From Selaginella moellendorffii (taxonomy: Eukaryota; Plantae; Lycopodiophyta): a DNA stretch of 64,000 bases. A program made the translations under genes and the position numbers. The notes beneath the pieces are model-generated. The model ran no database searches and had not been told where the DNA came from. It saw only the letters and a program-made list of their open reading frames with translations. Where the stretch lies: contig NW_003314286.1 in the NCBI RefSeq assembly GCF_000143415.4, forward strand, positions 1,089,643-1,153,642, read 5' to 3'. Of the stretch, positions 63,975 to 64,000 are shown piece after piece; the first letter of the stretch is position 1, and the number at the start of each line of letters is the position of its first letter.

Positions 63975-64000
63975 TGAAAGAGAGAGAATCAGGATCGCCT

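Overview
Compact, gene-dense nuclear DNA of a seedless land plant. The ~45-60 bp introns, tight intergenic spacing and SS-type PPR array point to Selaginella, by inference. The window holds about 19 apparently intact or window-truncated protein genes: EamA 3' end, SECE1, DUF506, plastid RF3/prfC, PRS, BTB, RMND5, SDR, two alpha/beta hydrolases, a PLS-PPR, SUVH4, an unknown protein, TFB4, a CDK-like kinase, COPE, SOQ1, a nucleoside hydrolase, GLR3 and the RRP40 3' end. Two identical tRNA-Phe genes flank prfC. There are two rearranged zones. (1) 10.4-30.8 kb: an inverted BTB'-RMND5-SDR segment with both ends duplicated, sitting in AT-rich transposon debris. The debris contains a copia remnant, two short LTRs carrying a 5S rRNA promoter (Cassandra-like), two inverted long LTRs and a Merlin/IS1595 transposase remnant. 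(2) 40.6-49.7 kb: a tandem duplication of the TFB4/kinase pair with reciprocal decay. Between the copies sits an apparently intact 5-exon, ~744 aa gene with P-loop NTPase, restriction-endonuclease-like and HEH/Rho-N-like regions, resembling Crinkler-type effectors. Exon boundaries and family assignments were made by eye and from recalled motifs, without database searches.
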